This document shows, one piece after another, positions 38,094-47,215 of a stretch of DNA of 64,000 bases. Source of the DNA: Chloroflexota bacterium (GTDB lineage Bacteria; Chloroflexota; Dehalococcoidia; Dehalococcoidales; UBA2162); assembly GCA_043804635.1 (NCBI GenBank), contig JAZDIU010000056.1, forward strand, positions 6,376 through 70,375, given 5' to 3'. The position numbers and the translations under genes are program-made. The stretch's first letter is position 1. Each line of letters opens with the position of its first letter. The notes below the pieces were generated by a model. That model made no database searches, was not told the DNA's origin, and saw only the letters and a program-made list of their open reading frames with translations.

Positions 38094-38597
38094 TTATTTA
38101 AATTCGATTAGCTTCGACCAGCGAGGGTCGATTGCTTGAGTCTGACAACTACACGGTCCTTCATTCTGATTGTGTCCGCAAGTCGGGCACAAACCGGCAC
38201 AATCCTGAGAGCAAAGCGGTTTCATCGGTATGGTAAGCAGGGCATATTGACGGATTGCCTCGGTTAAATTCAAGATATTATTCTCATCGAGAGTGAAGGC
38301 ATCCGGTTCATCAGGCGATGGTAACCTAGCACCGCTTTGAATGTCGATAGTGGGAAAATACTCTTCTTCGATATTCAATGTCATAGGACAGCAATATAGC
38401 TTTAAACACCGACTACAGGTAAGTTCGAGTGTAACATGCAGCGCGCCTTCTACTAGAATACTGCGCTGAGTACGCGTAAGCTTAAGGTCGCCTTCGATAT
38501 TATAATCTTTGTCCTCGATAGCGATCGTTTCACTTATATGGTAGTTCCGGGATGAACCTATCGGTCCTTTAAGTTGTTGGGAGACGTTAATCTGCAA
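38094..38597 (-). CDS. yceD: YceD/DUF177 family protein
   Basis: 167 aa with the C-terminal CxxxCxGLCxxCG motif (CSQDCAGLCPTCG), located upstream of rpmF. Confidence 0.85.
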   Translation of the reverse strand: MQINVSQQLKGPIGSSRNYHISETIAIEDKDYNIEGDLKLTRTQRSILVEGALHVTLELTCSRCLKLYCCPMTLNIEEEYFPTIDIQSGARLPSPDEPDAFTLDENNILNLTEAIRQYALLTIPMKPLCSQDCAGLCPTCGHNQNEGPCSCQTQAIDPRWSKLIEFK

Positions 38598-38705
38598 CGC
38601 TTGTGCTCCTTGGTTAGTAACTATTCATTATAAGGTGGGCTGTCTATCTGTGTCAATCTCAAATAGTAGGCTTTTATGTTTAATTGGAAGCAACCTCACC
38701 CCTGT

Positions 38706-38775
38706 CCCCTCTCCGCAAGCGGAGAGGGGAATAGAAAGAAAAGAGAGGGGCTTCGCCCCTCTCTTAAACCCTTCC
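38706..38775 (+). repeat. structured intergenic repeat, copy 2
   Basis: CCCCTCTCCGC-AA-GCGGAGAGGGG (38706-38729), then AGAGGGGC-TTC-GCCCCTCT (38744-38762), then CTTAAACCCTTCC. It has the same order and tail as 28476-28554, with different but still complementary stems. Confidence 0.6.
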
Positions 38776-38832
38776 GTAATTGCGATTCTGAATTTTCTAT
38801 GCTAACATATAAGTGTAAACTAATTGAATTAA

Positions 38833-38920
38833 GACATAGGGGGTGCCTAACGGCTGAGAGCCCCGATTGCATCGGGACAACCCTTGGAACCTGATCTCGT
38901 TAATGCGAGCGTAGGGAAGA
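38833..38920 (+). promoter_or_regulatory. TPP (THI-box) riboswitch
   Basis: Contains the conserved blocks GGGGTGC, GCTGAGA, ACCCTTGGAACCTGATC, TAATGC and GCGTAGGGA in canonical order, immediately upstream of thiC. Confidence 0.85.
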
Positions 38921-38935
38921 GAAGCGAATCTTACA

Positions 38936-38969
38936 GACCAAGGGTTCAAATGCCCTTGGTCTTATTTTT
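38936..38969 (+). terminator. intrinsic terminator (riboswitch expression platform)
   Basis: GACCAAGGG-TTCAAATG-CCCTTGGTC is a 9-bp stem followed by TTATTTTTA, located between the aptamer and the thiC SD/ATG. Confidence 0.7.
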
Positions 38970-38982
38970 ACGGAGGCAGGCA

Positions 38983-40278
38983 ATGACTCAAATAGAACTG
39001 GCTGTTAAAGGGACTATTTCGCCACAAATGAAAACGGTGGCTGAACAAGAAGGAGTCGATGTTGAATTTATCCGGCAGGGCGTAGCCCAAGGAACAATCG
39101 TAATCCCAGCCAATATTAACCATAAGAATCTTATCCCTTGTGGAATCGGAAAAGGATTACGGACGAAGATTAATGCCAATATCGGCACTTCGTCCGATTA
39201 CGGCAATATCGATACCGAGTTAGCAAAATTACAGGTTGCAGTTAAATGCGGCGCCGATGCGGTTATGGATTTAAGCACCGGCGGTGATATACCTGCTATC
39301 CGCAGGCAGATTATTGGGGCTAGCTCTGTGGCTATCGGCACCGTTCCTATTTACCAGGCTGGAATTGAAGCAATTAATCAAACTGGTGCTATTGTAAAAA
39401 TGACCGTCGACCAACTATTCGAGGCGATTGAAGACCATATTCGTGACGGCGTCGACTTTATCACCGTGCATTGTGGGGTAACTCAATCAGCTATTAACCG
39501 CCTTAAGCAACGCAGACGGGTAGCCGATGTAGTTTCACGCGGCGGGGCTTTTCTTGTTGGCTGGATGCTCCAAAACGAGCGAGAAAACCCGCTTTATGAG
39601 TATTACGACCGCCTGCTTGAGCTAGCCAGGAAATTCGATGTCACGCTGAGTCTAGGGGATGGTATGCGTCCGGGTAGCCTGGCAGATGCGACCGACCAGG
39701 CTCAAATAGATGAGCTACTGGTCATAGGAGAACTGGTAGAAAGAGCACGGCAGGCTGGTGTCCAGGCAATGGTCGAAGGTCCGGGACATATGCCATTGAA
39801 CCAGATTGAAGCTAATGTTCTCTTGGAAAAATCGATTTGCCAGGGAGCTCCCTTTTATGTTTTGGGACCACTAGTAACGGATATCGGTGCCGGCTACGAC
39901 CATATTACCGGAGCTATCGGCGGAGCGATTGCCGCCTCTGCCGGGGCTGATTTCCTCTGTTATGTAACTCCGAGTGAGCACCTTTCCTTGCCCGACGTGG
40001 AGGACGTCAGGCAAGGAGTAATCGCTTCCCGCATTGCAGCTCACGCTGCCGACATCGTTAAAGGAGTCAAAGGTGCTGCCGAGTGGGATAGAAAAATGTC
40101 AATCGCCCGAAAGAAGTTGGACTGGGAAGAGCAAGTTAAGCTGTCTATAGACCCGGAACGGTCAAGCCGTGTCCATACCCAGCATACTACCACCGGAACA
40201 GCTTGCAGTATGTGTGGTGAGTTTTGTGCGATGAAGCTGGTCGAAACCTACTTAGGCGTCAAAGCGGTCAAATGCTAG
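38983..40278 (+). CDS. thiC: phosphomethylpyrimidine synthase ThiC
   Basis: The ThiC sequence runs throughout, with the C-terminal [11 protein letters not shown] radical-SAM-type cluster. The ATG at 38983 follows the SD GGAGG. The upstream part of track ORF 38884.. overlaps the riboswitch. Confidence 0.95.
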   Translation: MTQIELAVKGTISPQMKTVAEQEGVDVEFIRQGVAQGTIVIPANINHKNLIPCGIGKGLRTKINANIGTSSDYGNIDTELAKLQVAVKCGADAVMDLSTGGDIPAIRRQIIGASSVAIGTVPIYQAGIEAINQTGAIVKMTVDQLFEAIEDHIRDGVDFITVHCGVTQSAINRLKQRRRVADVVSRGGAFLVGWMLQNERENPLYEYYDRLLELARKFDVTLSLGDGMRPGSLADATDQAQIDELLVIGELVERARQAGVQAMVEGPGHMPLNQIEANVLLEKSICQGAPFYVLGPLVTDIGAGYDHITGAIGGAIAASAGADFLCYVTPSEHLSLPDVEDVRQGVIASRIAAHAADIVKGVKGAAEWDRKMSIARKKLDWEEQVKLSIDPERSSRVHTQHTTTGTACSMCGEFCAMKLVETYLGVKAVKC

Positions 40279-40279
40279 C

Positions 40280-40912
40280 TTAATGATGTGAAGTTGAATT
40301 AGATAGCTCAAGCATTCGGCTTATTTTTGTCCAGATAATTTCTTCTATTTTCTCTTTTGACTGGCTGGCGTCTATCACCAGCCAGCGGTCCGGTTCTTCT
40401 GCTGCCATTTTGAGGTAGCCTTCACGTACCCTATCGTGGAAGGCTATTTTCTCCTGTTGAAAACGGTCCTGTCTCTCACTCTTTTTACGTGCTAGCCCTT
40501 CTTCAACAGGTATATCTAGGAATATTGTGATATTGGGTCTAAGACCACGGGTAGCAGTCCGGTTAAGAGATTTAACTGTGTCTAACTCTAGCCCTCGTCC
40601 ATATCCTTGATAGGCTACTGTGGAATCAGTGTAACGGTCGCAGATGACTGTCTTTCCTTCCTTTAGTGCCGGTTGGATTATCTGCTCGACTAATAGGGCG
40701 CGGGAGGCATTGAAAAGCAAAAGCTCGGTAAGCGATGGTATAGCTCCAGCCCATTTCAGCCAGTAGCTAATCTTTCTGCCCAGGGGCGTTCCGCCAGGCT
40801 CGTGAGTCAAGAGAACCGGTATATCTAGCTGTTTCAACTTCCGGTATAGGGCTTTAGATTGGAAAGTCTTGCCGCTTCCTTCGCCACCCTCGAAGGTAAT
40901 AAACAGAGCCAT
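40280..40912 (-). CDS. tmk: thymidylate kinase
   Basis: 210 aa with P-loop FEGGEGSGKT and the DRY motif (CDRYTDS). Confidence 0.95.
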   Translation of the reverse strand: MALFITFEGGEGSGKTFQSKALYRKLKQLDIPVLLTHEPGGTPLGRKISYWLKWAGAIPSLTELLLFNASRALLVEQIIQPALKEGKTVICDRYTDSTVAYQGYGRGLELDTVKSLNRTATRGLRPNITIFLDIPVEEGLARKKSERQDRFQQEKIAFHDRVREGYLKMAAEEPDRWLVIDASQSKEKIEEIIWTKISRMLELSNSTSHH

Positions 40913-40915
40913 TAA

Positions 40916-41695
40916 CTACTCCTTGTTCTTAAGCCATTCGTTGAGGCCGTCAAGGAAACCATCCGTCTTAATTCGGGAGTGTTTATTATTCAGGTATAAA
41001 TGCAGTGGAGTAATCGAGATATACCCCTGCTCGATTGCCCCTATATCGGTGACATTATCTTTGCTGTTGTTTATCCGGCGGCGTACCAACCAGTAATATG
41101 CACGCCTCCCATCATGACCTTCCTCAACGGTATCGATATGACTTTCACCGGCTAAACGAGTCATTCTAGCCCCTTTAATCTCAGGCGGCGGAAAGTCAGG
41201 AAGATTTACATTAAAGAACACATTTCCGGGTGAATTTGAGATAATGTTTCCGGCAATCAGAGCAGTTACTTTAGCTGCGTTTTCCAGAGAAGTTTTTTCT
41301 ATTGAGGCGAGAGAAACAGCTAATGCAGGTATGCCCCGTAAATAACCCTGCAAGGCAGCACCAACTGTCCCGGAGATTAGCACGTCATTGCCCAGATTCA
41401 GTCCGTTGTTTATGCCGGATACGACCAAGTCTATTTTTTTATGGAAAAGTTTTTCTAACGCCAGAATCACACTGTCACCCGGGGTGCCCTGTACCGAGCA
41501 GGCTTCTATTCCCGGAACCAAGGTGCTTGCCTGCTGTATTCTTAACGGATGACTTAGAGTGACTGCCGTTCCGATAGCACTCTGTTCCCTATCGGGCGCA
41601 ACCACTACCACCTCGGCGATTTTTACTAATTCGTTAGCTAACGTCCATAGTCCATCGGCAAATATGCCATCGTCATTAGTTACCAGTATTTTCAT
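40916..41695 (-). CDS. surE: 5'/3'-nucleotidase SurE
   Basis: 259 aa: MKILVTNDDGI ... GINNGLNLG. Confidence 0.95.
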   Translation of the reverse strand: MKILVTNDDGIFADGLWTLANELVKIAEVVVVAPDREQSAIGTAVTLSHPLRIQQASTLVPGIEACSVQGTPGDSVILALEKLFHKKIDLVVSGINNGLNLGNDVLISGTVGAALQGYLRGIPALAVSLASIEKTSLENAAKVTALIAGNIISNSPGNVFFNVNLPDFPPPEIKGARMTRLAGESHIDTVEEGHDGRRAYYWLVRRRINNSKDNVTDIGAIEQGYISITPLHLYLNNKHSRIKTDGFLDGLNEWLKNKE

Positions 41696-41815
41696 TGCTC
41701 TTTTCAGTCTATCACAGCCAGAATAAACGAAGCAAAAACTTTAGTTTTGAGTTACTTTTTTATGGAGTTAAGGCAGCTAATTGTGAGGTTATGCCACAAA
41801 TTCCGCTAATAAGAC

Positions 41816-42430
41816 TCAGCACTTCGCTCTCAAGTGAGATGTATCGTTTAGCAAGGTGAGGACGGCCCGGTTGGGCTGGGTTTCTATGATACTGAGCGAA
41901 GCATTATCGAGGCGCATTCGACCCCAATGTTCTGGTCCCAAGCCCAGTAACGAGCAAATCAGTGCTCTTAGCGGTCCGCTATGTGCGGTAATCGCTACCG
42001 TCTGTTCCGGCGTGTGTTGCTTCAGCCTGTCTAGAAACTTGCCTACTCGCTCAAAAAAAGTCATAAAGGTCTCACCGCCGGGGAACTCCAGGTCGGGAGT
42101 AAAATTAGCAATTAATTTAGCCACGTCGGGGAAAAGTGGTCCGATTTCCGCAATAGAGAGACCTTCGATTCGACCGTAGTTGATTTCTTTTAATTCGGGG
42201 CAGGTGATGATATTCAGCTGATGTCCCGAAGCGACAATTTCAGCCGTCGTTACGGCTCGTTTGAGGTCGCTTGAATAGATGGCGTCTATTTTTTCGTTAG
42301 TAAGGCGATGGCTCAACTTTTCAACCTGAGCCCGCCCTTCGACACTCAGTTCTACATCGGTATGTCCGGCAAACTGACGGGCGCTGTTAGATGCGGTTAC
42401 GCCATGTCTTATTAAAAGCAGTTTAGGCAA
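41816..42430 (-). CDS. histidine phosphatase family protein (CobC/GpmB-like)
   Basis: 204 aa with RHG motif LIRHGVTASN and a distal H (ITAHSGPLR). Confidence 0.8.
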   Translation of the reverse strand: MPKLLLIRHGVTASNSARQFAGHTDVELSVEGRAQVEKLSHRLTNEKIDAIYSSDLKRAVTTAEIVASGHQLNIITCPELKEINYGRIEGLSIAEIGPLFPDVAKLIANFTPDLEFPGGETFMTFFERVGKFLDRLKQHTPEQTVAITAHSGPLRALICSLLGLGPEHWGRMRLDNASLSIIETQPNRAVLTLLNDTSHLRAKC

Positions 42431-42449
42431 ATGCCCTCCTGAAGTTGAG

Positions 42450-42749
42450 CTAATACTTTATCGTGAAGCCTGAGTAAGTTCCGGTAAATTCCGACCAATT
42501 AGCCTCGATATCCTCTATCCTGGCACCAGACGGTCCGATTTTCAGATGTTGAACCAGTTCTTCGAGTTTAGTGCGTTCACCTTCTGCCAAGACTTCTACT
42601 GATTCTCCGCCCGGTAAATTACGGACATAACCAGTCAGCCCCAGTTTAATTGCTTGTCTTGAAGTAAAAGCACGGAAATAAACGCCCTGGACGCGACCTG
42701 TCACAATTGCCTGCAAAAAGGCTAAATCAGCCATGCTAAGTGTTTTCAA
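42450..42749 (-). CDS. acyP: acylphosphatase
   Basis: 99 aa with VTGRVQGVYFR and GYVRNLPGGESVEV motifs. Confidence 0.85.
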   Translation of the reverse strand: MKTLSMADLAFLQAIVTGRVQGVYFRAFTSRQAIKLGLTGYVRNLPGGESVEVLAEGERTKLEELVQHLKIGPSGARIEDIEANWSEFTGTYSGFTIKY

Positions 42750-42823
42750 TCTCGGAATAGCAAACTCTGGAAGATTAAATCCCTTATCGTCAAAACCTAA
42801 TGGATGTCGGGATAGATTCAGAG

Positions 42824-42973
42824 CTATTCTTGCTCTTCCTCTACTTCCTCTTTTTTGCCTTTTTTGATAACTTCCACGGTTATCGGCGGCGGCAAAATGG
42901 TACTTGCCATGGGTTTCTTAGCATCTTTTTTGGGTTTTTTGGTTTCTCTCCACCTGAAATCTCGTTTTCCCAT
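42824..42973 (-). CDS. candidate 49-aa Lys-rich small protein
   Basis: Below the ORF-track length cut-off. ATG at 42973 with SD GGAGG 7 nt upstream. It encodes [49 protein letters not shown] and lies between glmS and acyP on the same strand. Confidence 0.35.
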   Translation of the reverse strand: MGKRDFRWRETKKPKKDAKKPMASTILPPPITVEVIKKGKKEEVEEEQE

Positions 42974-43054
42974 AGTGAACCTCCGAGTTTTCTTAATTGA
43001 AGTTTAGCAAAGAGGAACTGTTCTGTAAAGCCAGTCTGCACGGAAAGTCGATGC

Positions 43055-44824
43055 TCATTCTACCGTTACGCTCTTAGCTAAGTTTCTTGGGAAATCAATC
43101 GGGCAATCTCTCGCTTTAGCGGCATAGTAGGCAAGCAATTGAAGAGCCACGGTATTGACTATGGGCGAAAACATAGCATCGACTTGAGGAACGGTAATAA
43201 TCGAATCAACCAAATCAGAAGTCATTTCGTCCCCTTCTTCAATGAGAGCAATCATCGGCGACCTTCTAGCTTTTATCTCTTTGATGTTGGTCAGCATTGC
43301 TTCATAAGTGCTATCACGAGCGACAATGGCGATAACTGGCGATGAAGGACCCAGCAGGGCGAAGGGACCGTGTTTGAGTTCACCGGCGGAATAGCCTTCA
43401 GCATGAATGTAGGCAATTTCTTTAAGTTTGAGCGCCCCCTCCAGAGCGACCGGGTAGTTTGTTCCTCTGCCGATAAAGAAAACGTCATTATATTTTGCTA
43501 GATACTCCGCCTGTTCCTTTATTCTGGCTTCTTCATCGAGGACTTGCTGAATTTTACTAGGCAGTTGTCTTAGTTCCATAAATAAACTTGCCAGCTTTCT
43601 GGCGTCGACTTTTGAATAAGACATCGCTAACCAGTAGAGCACTACAAGCTCAGCTAAAAAGCTCTTGGTAGCAGCTACACTTATCTCCGGACCGGCCCTG
43701 GTATAAATAGTCTGGCTGGCAATCCGGCTCGCTGTGGAACCGACTACATTGGTGATAGCTATCACACGAGACCCGGCTTCTTTTAATCTTTTCATTGCCT
43801 TCAATGTATCGGCTGTCTCGCCCGACTGAGTGATAGCGATAGCTAAAGGCGTTGCCAGAGGGCGTTTATAATAATTGAATTCCGAAGCCAGCTCTACCCT
43901 CACGGGAATGCCAAGCAGTTCTTCAACAACATATTTACCCGCTAGAGCGGCGTGATAGGATGTACCACAAGCTAACATTAAAATCGATTCGGCATCGGCT
44001 AAACCAGCTACAGGTTCGGTTAGACGAATATATTCAGCAAGAGTATTTCTTATAACCTTTGGCTGTTCGTGTATCTCTTTGAGCATGAAGTGTTCATAGC
44101 CGCCTTTTTGTGCCTCATCTACGCTCCATGATATTCTGTGTTCTTCAACTCTGACTTTAACGCCTTTTCTCTTAAATTCTACCTTACCCGGTCTAACAAT
44201 CCCGATATCCCCGTCCTCTGGATATATAACCCTATCAGTATAATCTAATACCGCGGGGACATCTGAGGCGATAAAGTTATCTCTATCGCTGACACCGATA
44301 ACCAGAGGACTGTCTTTACGGGCTACGATTAATCTCGACTCACCCGCTGCCAATACTATTACGGCGTAGGAACCATCGAGCTGATGTAAAGCAGATTCCA
44401 CTGCTTTCTCTAAATCACCATCGTAATATTTCTCAATTAGGTGCGGAATGACTTCTGTATCAGTTTCAGAAACAAATTTATGTCCTTCATCAGTTAACCG
44501 GGCTTTTAATTCCGAATAATTGTCAATTATTCCGTTGTGGACCACAGCGATTTTTCCGGTGCAGTCTAGGTGAGGATGAGCATTCAATTGAGACGGTACC
44601 CCGTGTGTTGCCCATCTCGTATGACCGATACCTGCAGTGCCACGAAACTTCGGCGATGCCTTTTCTAACGCCGCTACTCTGACGGCATCCTTATATACCT
44701 CGATACTGCCATCGGCGATGGCAATACCGCAGGAATCATAACCGCGGTACTCCAACTTTCTCAGACAATTAATGATTATGGACTGGGCTTGTCGGTCTCC
44801 TATGTAGCCAATGATGCCGCACAT
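43055..44824 (-). CDS. glmS: glutamine--fructose-6-phosphate aminotransferase
   Basis: 589 aa with the N-terminal MCGIIGY nucleophile, two SIS domains and a C-terminal ..SVTVE. Confidence 0.95.
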   Translation of the reverse strand: MCGIIGYIGDRQAQSIIINCLRKLEYRGYDSCGIAIADGSIEVYKDAVRVAALEKASPKFRGTAGIGHTRWATHGVPSQLNAHPHLDCTGKIAVVHNGIIDNYSELKARLTDEGHKFVSETDTEVIPHLIEKYYDGDLEKAVESALHQLDGSYAVIVLAAGESRLIVARKDSPLVIGVSDRDNFIASDVPAVLDYTDRVIYPEDGDIGIVRPGKVEFKRKGVKVRVEEHRISWSVDEAQKGGYEHFMLKEIHEQPKVIRNTLAEYIRLTEPVAGLADAESILMLACGTSYHAALAGKYVVEELLGIPVRVELASEFNYYKRPLATPLAIAITQSGETADTLKAMKRLKEAGSRVIAITNVVGSTASRIASQTIYTRAGPEISVAATKSFLAELVVLYWLAMSYSKVDARKLASLFMELRQLPSKIQQVLDEEARIKEQAEYLAKYNDVFFIGRGTNYPVALEGALKLKEIAYIHAEGYSAGELKHGPFALLGPSSPVIAIVARDSTYEAMLTNIKEIKARRSPMIALIEEGDEMTSDLVDSIITVPQVDAMFSPIVNTVALQLLAYYAAKARDCPIDFPRNLAKSVTVE

Positions 44825-44825
44825 T

Positions 44826-46001
44826 TTAAATTACCAGACTCCTATCAGGAATCCTTCCGCTAACCAGTTTTGTGGCTTGAATCTGGCTATAATTACCGAT
44901 AATACTACCCGGCTGAGCCACAACACAACTCTCCACGTTACAGTTCACACCCAGCATTGCCCCCATTTTCACCTGGTGATGCTCGCTATCTACCTTAACC
45001 TCAGCTTGACCGCTACTGGCAATAAAATGGCTTTTAATGAAACAACCTTTGTCAATAACGGAATCTTGAATAAGTGAACTAGATCCGATATTAACATCAT
45101 CACTAATAACACTGTTGGTAATTTCAGTAAATGGCGATATAACCACATTATCGCCGATGCTAGTCGCCGGCATTATGCAAACATTGGGACCGATGTCACA
45201 ATTCTCTCCAATTATCACAGGGCCTACTATGTAACAGTTCGATCTAATAGTTGTTCCGTTTCCTATTGAGACCTGCCCCTTTATCGAAGCACCAGTTTCG
45301 ATAACGCCGCCTAATTTCGCAGGAATCCGGCGAAGAATCGCATCATTAAGACTAATTATGTCCCAGGGATAAACGACATCAAGCCAAGTGCCCTCCGTTT
45401 CTTGAACATTGACCGGTTTGTCTTCTAGAACCATTCGATTTATGACGTCAGGAATATGTAATTCGGTTCCAATAAAATCGAAGACATCTCTATTAAAAGC
45501 ATAGATACCAGTATTAACTATGTTGCCTCTAGTTTGCTCAGGATTTTCTATGATTTCTTTAACCAGACCATTTTCAATAGCAACTACACCGTATCTAGCC
45601 GGATTAACTACTTTTTTCACCAATATGGCACTGGGGCTGATTTTAGTAAAGCTAGCTATGGTACTTGCCTCAATAAGGTTATCACCGTGCAGGACTAAGA
45701 ATTCGTCTTCTACCGAATTTTTGACCAGTGCCAGAGCATTGGCTGTACCTAATTGTTTCTCTTGCGTTATGTAAACTATGTTAACACCGAACTTCTCTCC
45801 AGAGCCCATATAATCGAATATCTGTTCCCTGCGGTAACCGACAACAATGACAATCTGCCGAATGCCGTTCTTAGCTAGTGCCTCGACCACATACTGCAAG
45901 ATAGGCTTATCAGCAATGGGAAGCATTACTTTCGGTTTGGTTACGGTAAAAGGTCTAAGCCTTTGTCCCTCACCAGCGGCCAGAATTACTGCTTGTTTCA
46001 T
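44826..46001 (-). CDS. bifunctional sugar-1-phosphate nucleotidylyltransferase / left-handed beta-helix acyltransferase (archaeal-type GlmU-like), paralog 1
   Basis: 391 aa. N-terminal ILAAGEGQRLRP nucleotidyltransferase fold plus C-terminal hexapeptide repeats. Confidence 0.8.
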   Translation of the reverse strand: MKQAVILAAGEGQRLRPFTVTKPKVMLPIADKPILQYVVEALAKNGIRQIVIVVGYRREQIFDYMGSGEKFGVNIVYITQEKQLGTANALALVKNSVEDEFLVLHGDNLIEASTIASFTKISPSAILVKKVVNPARYGVVAIENGLVKEIIENPEQTRGNIVNTGIYAFNRDVFDFIGTELHIPDVINRMVLEDKPVNVQETEGTWLDVVYPWDIISLNDAILRRIPAKLGGVIETGASIKGQVSIGNGTTIRSNCYIVGPVIIGENCDIGPNVCIMPATSIGDNVVISPFTEITNSVISDDVNIGSSSLIQDSVIDKGCFIKSHFIASSGQAEVKVDSEHHQVKMGAMLGVNCNVESCVVAQPGSIIGNYSQIQATKLVSGRIPDRSLVI

Positions 46002-46007
46002 AATGCC

Positions 46008-47210
46008 TCAAAATATCTCCGAATCCGGGGCGATAACACCGCCGACTACGGCACCGGGACCGATATGAGTATTATTACCAATCATAGCACCTACATTAAT
46101 CGAAGCGTTAATGCCAGTTTTGACATTATCACCCATTATGGTTCCTAGCTTTCGTCTACCGGTATTAATATCGGCAGCTACTATATTATCCTCATTTAAT
46201 CTTAGATTGGCAATCTTAGTACCCGCACCTAAATTACAATCTTCCCCGATAACACTATCGCCGACGTAGTTATGATGCGGAATTTTACTACCTCTCATAA
46301 TTATCGAGTTCTTGATTTCAACGCTGGCACCGATGTGGCAACTATCACCGATGGCAGTGCAGGGACGAATATAGCAGTTGGGGCCAATCTCACAATCCTC
46401 ACCGATAACGACTGGTCCTATAATATAAGAACCTGACCTCACTTCCGTACCTTTTCCGATAGAAACGGAACCTTTAATTACCGCATTCTTTTCTATCACG
46501 CCCAGGTTTTTAGCTTTTAAGGTAGATAATAGCGATTCATTAGCCTTAAGCAAATCCCAGGGGTAACTAAGGTCGAGCCAAGATATAATTCTATGACCGA
46601 TGACTTTTTCTCCGTGGTCTATCATCCATTGCAGGGAATCAGTTATTTCATATTCTCCGCGCAGCGACTTGGGTGTTTCGGCTATGGCAGTAAATATTTC
46701 AGGAGTGAACAAGTATAAGCCGGCATTAGCCATATTCGAGGGCGGATTTTCCACTTTTTCATAAATATGAACTACTCTGTCTTTCTTGAGTTCGACAACA
46801 CCTAAATCCCGGTTATTCTCAACTTTTATGAGACTCATTGTATTACCTTGCCTATGGATTAAACCGCTTATATCTTTTCTATCGACAACAATATCCCCGT
46901 TAATCATCAAGAAATTTCCACTCACTGAGCCTTCGACCATTCTAATAGCGTCAGCTGTGCCCAGCTGTCTACGCTGCTGGCGATACTTAATGCTTATTCC
47001 CCATTTTGAGCCATCACCAAAGTAACGGCGTATTTGTTCGTCATGATAGCCAACAATAAGAATAAACTCCTGAACGCCCGCCTCTTTTGCCTCGATAAGT
47101 AAATGTTCCAGGATGGGTTTATTAGCTATAGGCAGCATTACTTTTGGTCTGGTATAGGTTAGAGGACGCATCCGGCTGCCTTCCCCGGCCGCTAAAATAA
47201 CTGCCTTCAT
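46008..47210 (-). CDS. bifunctional sugar-1-phosphate nucleotidylyltransferase / LbH acyltransferase (GlmU-like), paralog 2
   Basis: ILAAGEGSRMRP plus hexapeptide repeats. The ATG at 47210 (MKAVILAAG) follows the SD GAGGTG. The track start at 47231 would overlap glmM. Confidence 0.8.
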   Translation of the reverse strand: MKAVILAAGEGSRMRPLTYTRPKVMLPIANKPILEHLLIEAKEAGVQEFILIVGYHDEQIRRYFGDGSKWGISIKYRQQRRQLGTADAIRMVEGSVSGNFLMINGDIVVDRKDISGLIHRQGNTMSLIKVENNRDLGVVELKKDRVVHIYEKVENPPSNMANAGLYLFTPEIFTAIAETPKSLRGEYEITDSLQWMIDHGEKVIGHRIISWLDLSYPWDLLKANESLLSTLKAKNLGVIEKNAVIKGSVSIGKGTEVRSGSYIIGPVVIGEDCEIGPNCYIRPCTAIGDSCHIGASVEIKNSIIMRGSKIPHHNYVGDSVIGEDCNLGAGTKIANLRLNEDNIVAADINTGRRKLGTIMGDNVKTGINASINVGAMIGNNTHIGPGAVVGGVIAPDSEIF

Positions 47211-47215
47211 TCCTG

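Noticed and set aside
38676-38894. 72-aa ORF (..PLSASGEGNRKKREGLRPSLKPF..) and the N-terminal extension of the thiC track ORF (38884-38982).
   Set aside because: They are composed of the structured repeat, the TPP riboswitch and its terminator. thiC has a proper SD/ATG at 38983.
42800-43000. 66-aa plus-strand ORF.
   Set aside because: It is a low-complexity Phe/Leu-rich translation with no SD. The opposite strand carries a better-supported small ORF with a consensus SD.
44824-44830. Possible glmS ribozyme upstream of glmS.
   Set aside because: glmS starts 2 nt after the preceding gene's stop, so there is no leader in which a ribozyme could reside.
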